Origin: Eledone cirrhosa
Taxonomy: Eukaryota
Length of the DNA stretch: 64,000 nucleotides
NCBI GenBank assembly: GCA_964016885.1
Contig: OZ024747.1
Coordinates: 40,424,001 to 40,488,000 of the forward strand
Direction: 5' to 3'
The notes under the pieces: model-generated
The model's database searches: none
The model's input: only the letters and a program-made list of their open reading frames with translations
Told to the model about the DNA's origin: nothing
Translations under genes and position numbers: made by a program
Shown: positions 12,185 through 64,000 of the stretch, piece after piece
Layout of the letters: each line of letters opens with the position of its first letter
How positions within the stretch are numbered: the stretch's first letter is position 1

Positions 12185-12381
12185 AGGGCGGTGGATTGGC
12201 AGTATCGGTAGAGAGTCGGACGCCATGCTTTCCAGTATAGTTACGTCCCTTTACGGTCTGAGTTCAAATCCTGCCGAGGTTAACTTTGCCTTTAATCCTT
12301 ACGGGGTCGATAAAATAAAGTACCAGTAATGCACTGGAGTAATTGCTGGCCTTGTGCCAAAAGTAGAAACAGTTATTATTA
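12185..12381 (+). mobile_element. tRNA-derived SINE family 2 (central domain resembles Nin/Deu-type)
   Basis: TGGCAGTATCGG A box, GAGTTCAAATCC B box, ctttgcctttcatccttacggggtcgataaaataaagtaccag domain; ~15-bp TSD with one mismatch. Confidence 0.8.
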
Positions 12382-13213
12382 TCTACAACAGAAAACACTG
12401 AAATTTATTGTATTTTAATGGATCACGGAAGAACAGCTGTTTATGTTCCATACAAATATTGTAATACATAAAGGAAAATACTTTCAATAATATTCAAAAC
12501 ATAGGGTTTATATAAATAAATGAAGAATTCCCTAAACCCTTTATGAACTTAGGTATAATATGATATATAATGTAAGATTATTGCTAAAGCACCTTTTCTA
12601 TATTTTGTCTTGGATAACAAATATTTATTTCAATGCATTCTACTATATAACAGCTTAAAGATTTATTTCTCAGAAATAACAAACACTACAAAGAAATGTT
12701 GATATTTCCTTTAGTAACTGCAGACTGTAAATATTCCAATAACATTGTGAGAGTTAGGAGGTGACTGTGTGCAGTATACAGGAACGATTTTGGAGTAAGC
12801 TTCATAAAATGTACAATATGCACTAGGTGATTATATAAAATATGTAAAGGTGTGAAAATTTTATTAAATAATGTTGTATCTGCATTTAAATGCCAGGTAC
12901 ATAGTGGCAAAGCTGAAGATGGATAGAATGCTGAGTTGAATCTTTGAAACAGCATGAAAATGAAAGCTGTAAAATTGTTTTGATACCTAGAACTTGACAT
13001 TTATGTTGTTGTTTTATAGCATATCATTTAGAAAATAATTCAACAAATATTTCAAAGCAAACATTAAATACTATCACTAAATTACATTACTGTCAGACAA
13101 AATATATTATAGTTAACCTTCAGTTTAGTGACTTCAAAATTAACTTCATTTTATAACCTATATGATCTCTAATTAACACTCACTCAGAAATACAATAAAA
13201 CACTTAGATTTAC

Positions 13214-63276
<50,063 letters not shown>

Positions 63277-63867
63277 CTGAAAGAAGACAAAAACAAAAAA
63301 AAATGTTATGTGATTAGAAAACATAGTAGTATATCCATATTCAAATCATTAATCAATTAGGTAAGAGTTGGATAGGCTTACAGTATAGTACATTGAATCT
63401 TATCTTCGATGAGTTTCAATCTTCTCAAATCTGGCTTTAGAATTATTTGCGAGAGCATGATGATGAAACCTTCTTTAATTCAAATTAACTATGGTTACCT
63501 TCCAAATCACAACATATTTTATCTAACAAACATCATTCACTTTGCTCTACATGTTCAAATTAACATAGATGATTATGCTGATGATAGTTACCAGCTTACA
63601 ACTTCCAATGACTTTCCAATGTTTAACCAAACTTAATAGATCAAGGAGTAGATGTGATGGAGATGGAAATATTGGTCTTAAGCAAACTAAATCTCCTAAC
63701 AGTCTAACTCTAAAAACTGCACCATTTTCCCTCCACAGTAACTAATGATACCTATTACTTGTCAATACTTAAATGGCTTAAGAACAAGAAATATTGCTAC
63801 ACCATCATCCTTATTATCATCATTTTATATCTGCTTTTCATGCTGTCATGGTTTGGATGGATTGTCA

Positions 63868-64000
63868 CACTTACAATCGTAAGGTTGTGAATTCAAATCC
63901 TGGACTGGGCCATGCATTGTCTTCTTGAGCAAAACCCTTTATTTCACATTACTCCTGTTCACTCAGCTGTAGAAATGAGTTGCCACATCACTGGTGCCAA
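63868..64000 (+). mobile_element. Diverged CORE-SINE fragment
   Basis: B box and ttgagcaaaac.ctttatttcacatt...ctcagctgtagaaatgag. Confidence 0.65.

Noticed and set aside
1-13213. Next dynein exon (NPGYAGRQELPENLK)
   Set aside because: Not found by eye; presumed to lie beyond the window after a >13-kb intron

Overview
Eukaryotic, AT-rich, (TA)n-saturated genomic DNA; the repeat content resembles an octopus/coleoid cephalopod (inference). The only host gene is an axonemal outer-arm dynein heavy chain (DNAH5/DNAH8 type) on the minus strand. Fourteen exons (63276 to 13214) splice with canonical GT-AG sites and consistent phases into a continuous 2718-nt / 906-codon frame from the tail through the linker into AAA1; the gene runs off both ends of the window. 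The introns are mostly mobile DNA: an RTE-type LINE family carrying a PHD finger, its CORE-type SINE partner, a second tRNA-SINE, a CsRN1-like Gypsy remnant fused in frame to an RTE, a maT (DD37D) transposon, mariner-derived MITEs, other LINE fragments and a 5'-truncated Penelope-like element (RT + GIY-YIG). The signal the ORF track misses is a dense set of type I hammerhead-ribozyme motifs: seven have intact cores and about eight are decayed. They include one family with invariant stem I and covarying stem II, and two long near-perfect fold-back palindromes that each carry a hammerhead on both strands. All calls are by eye; no searches or folding programs were run.
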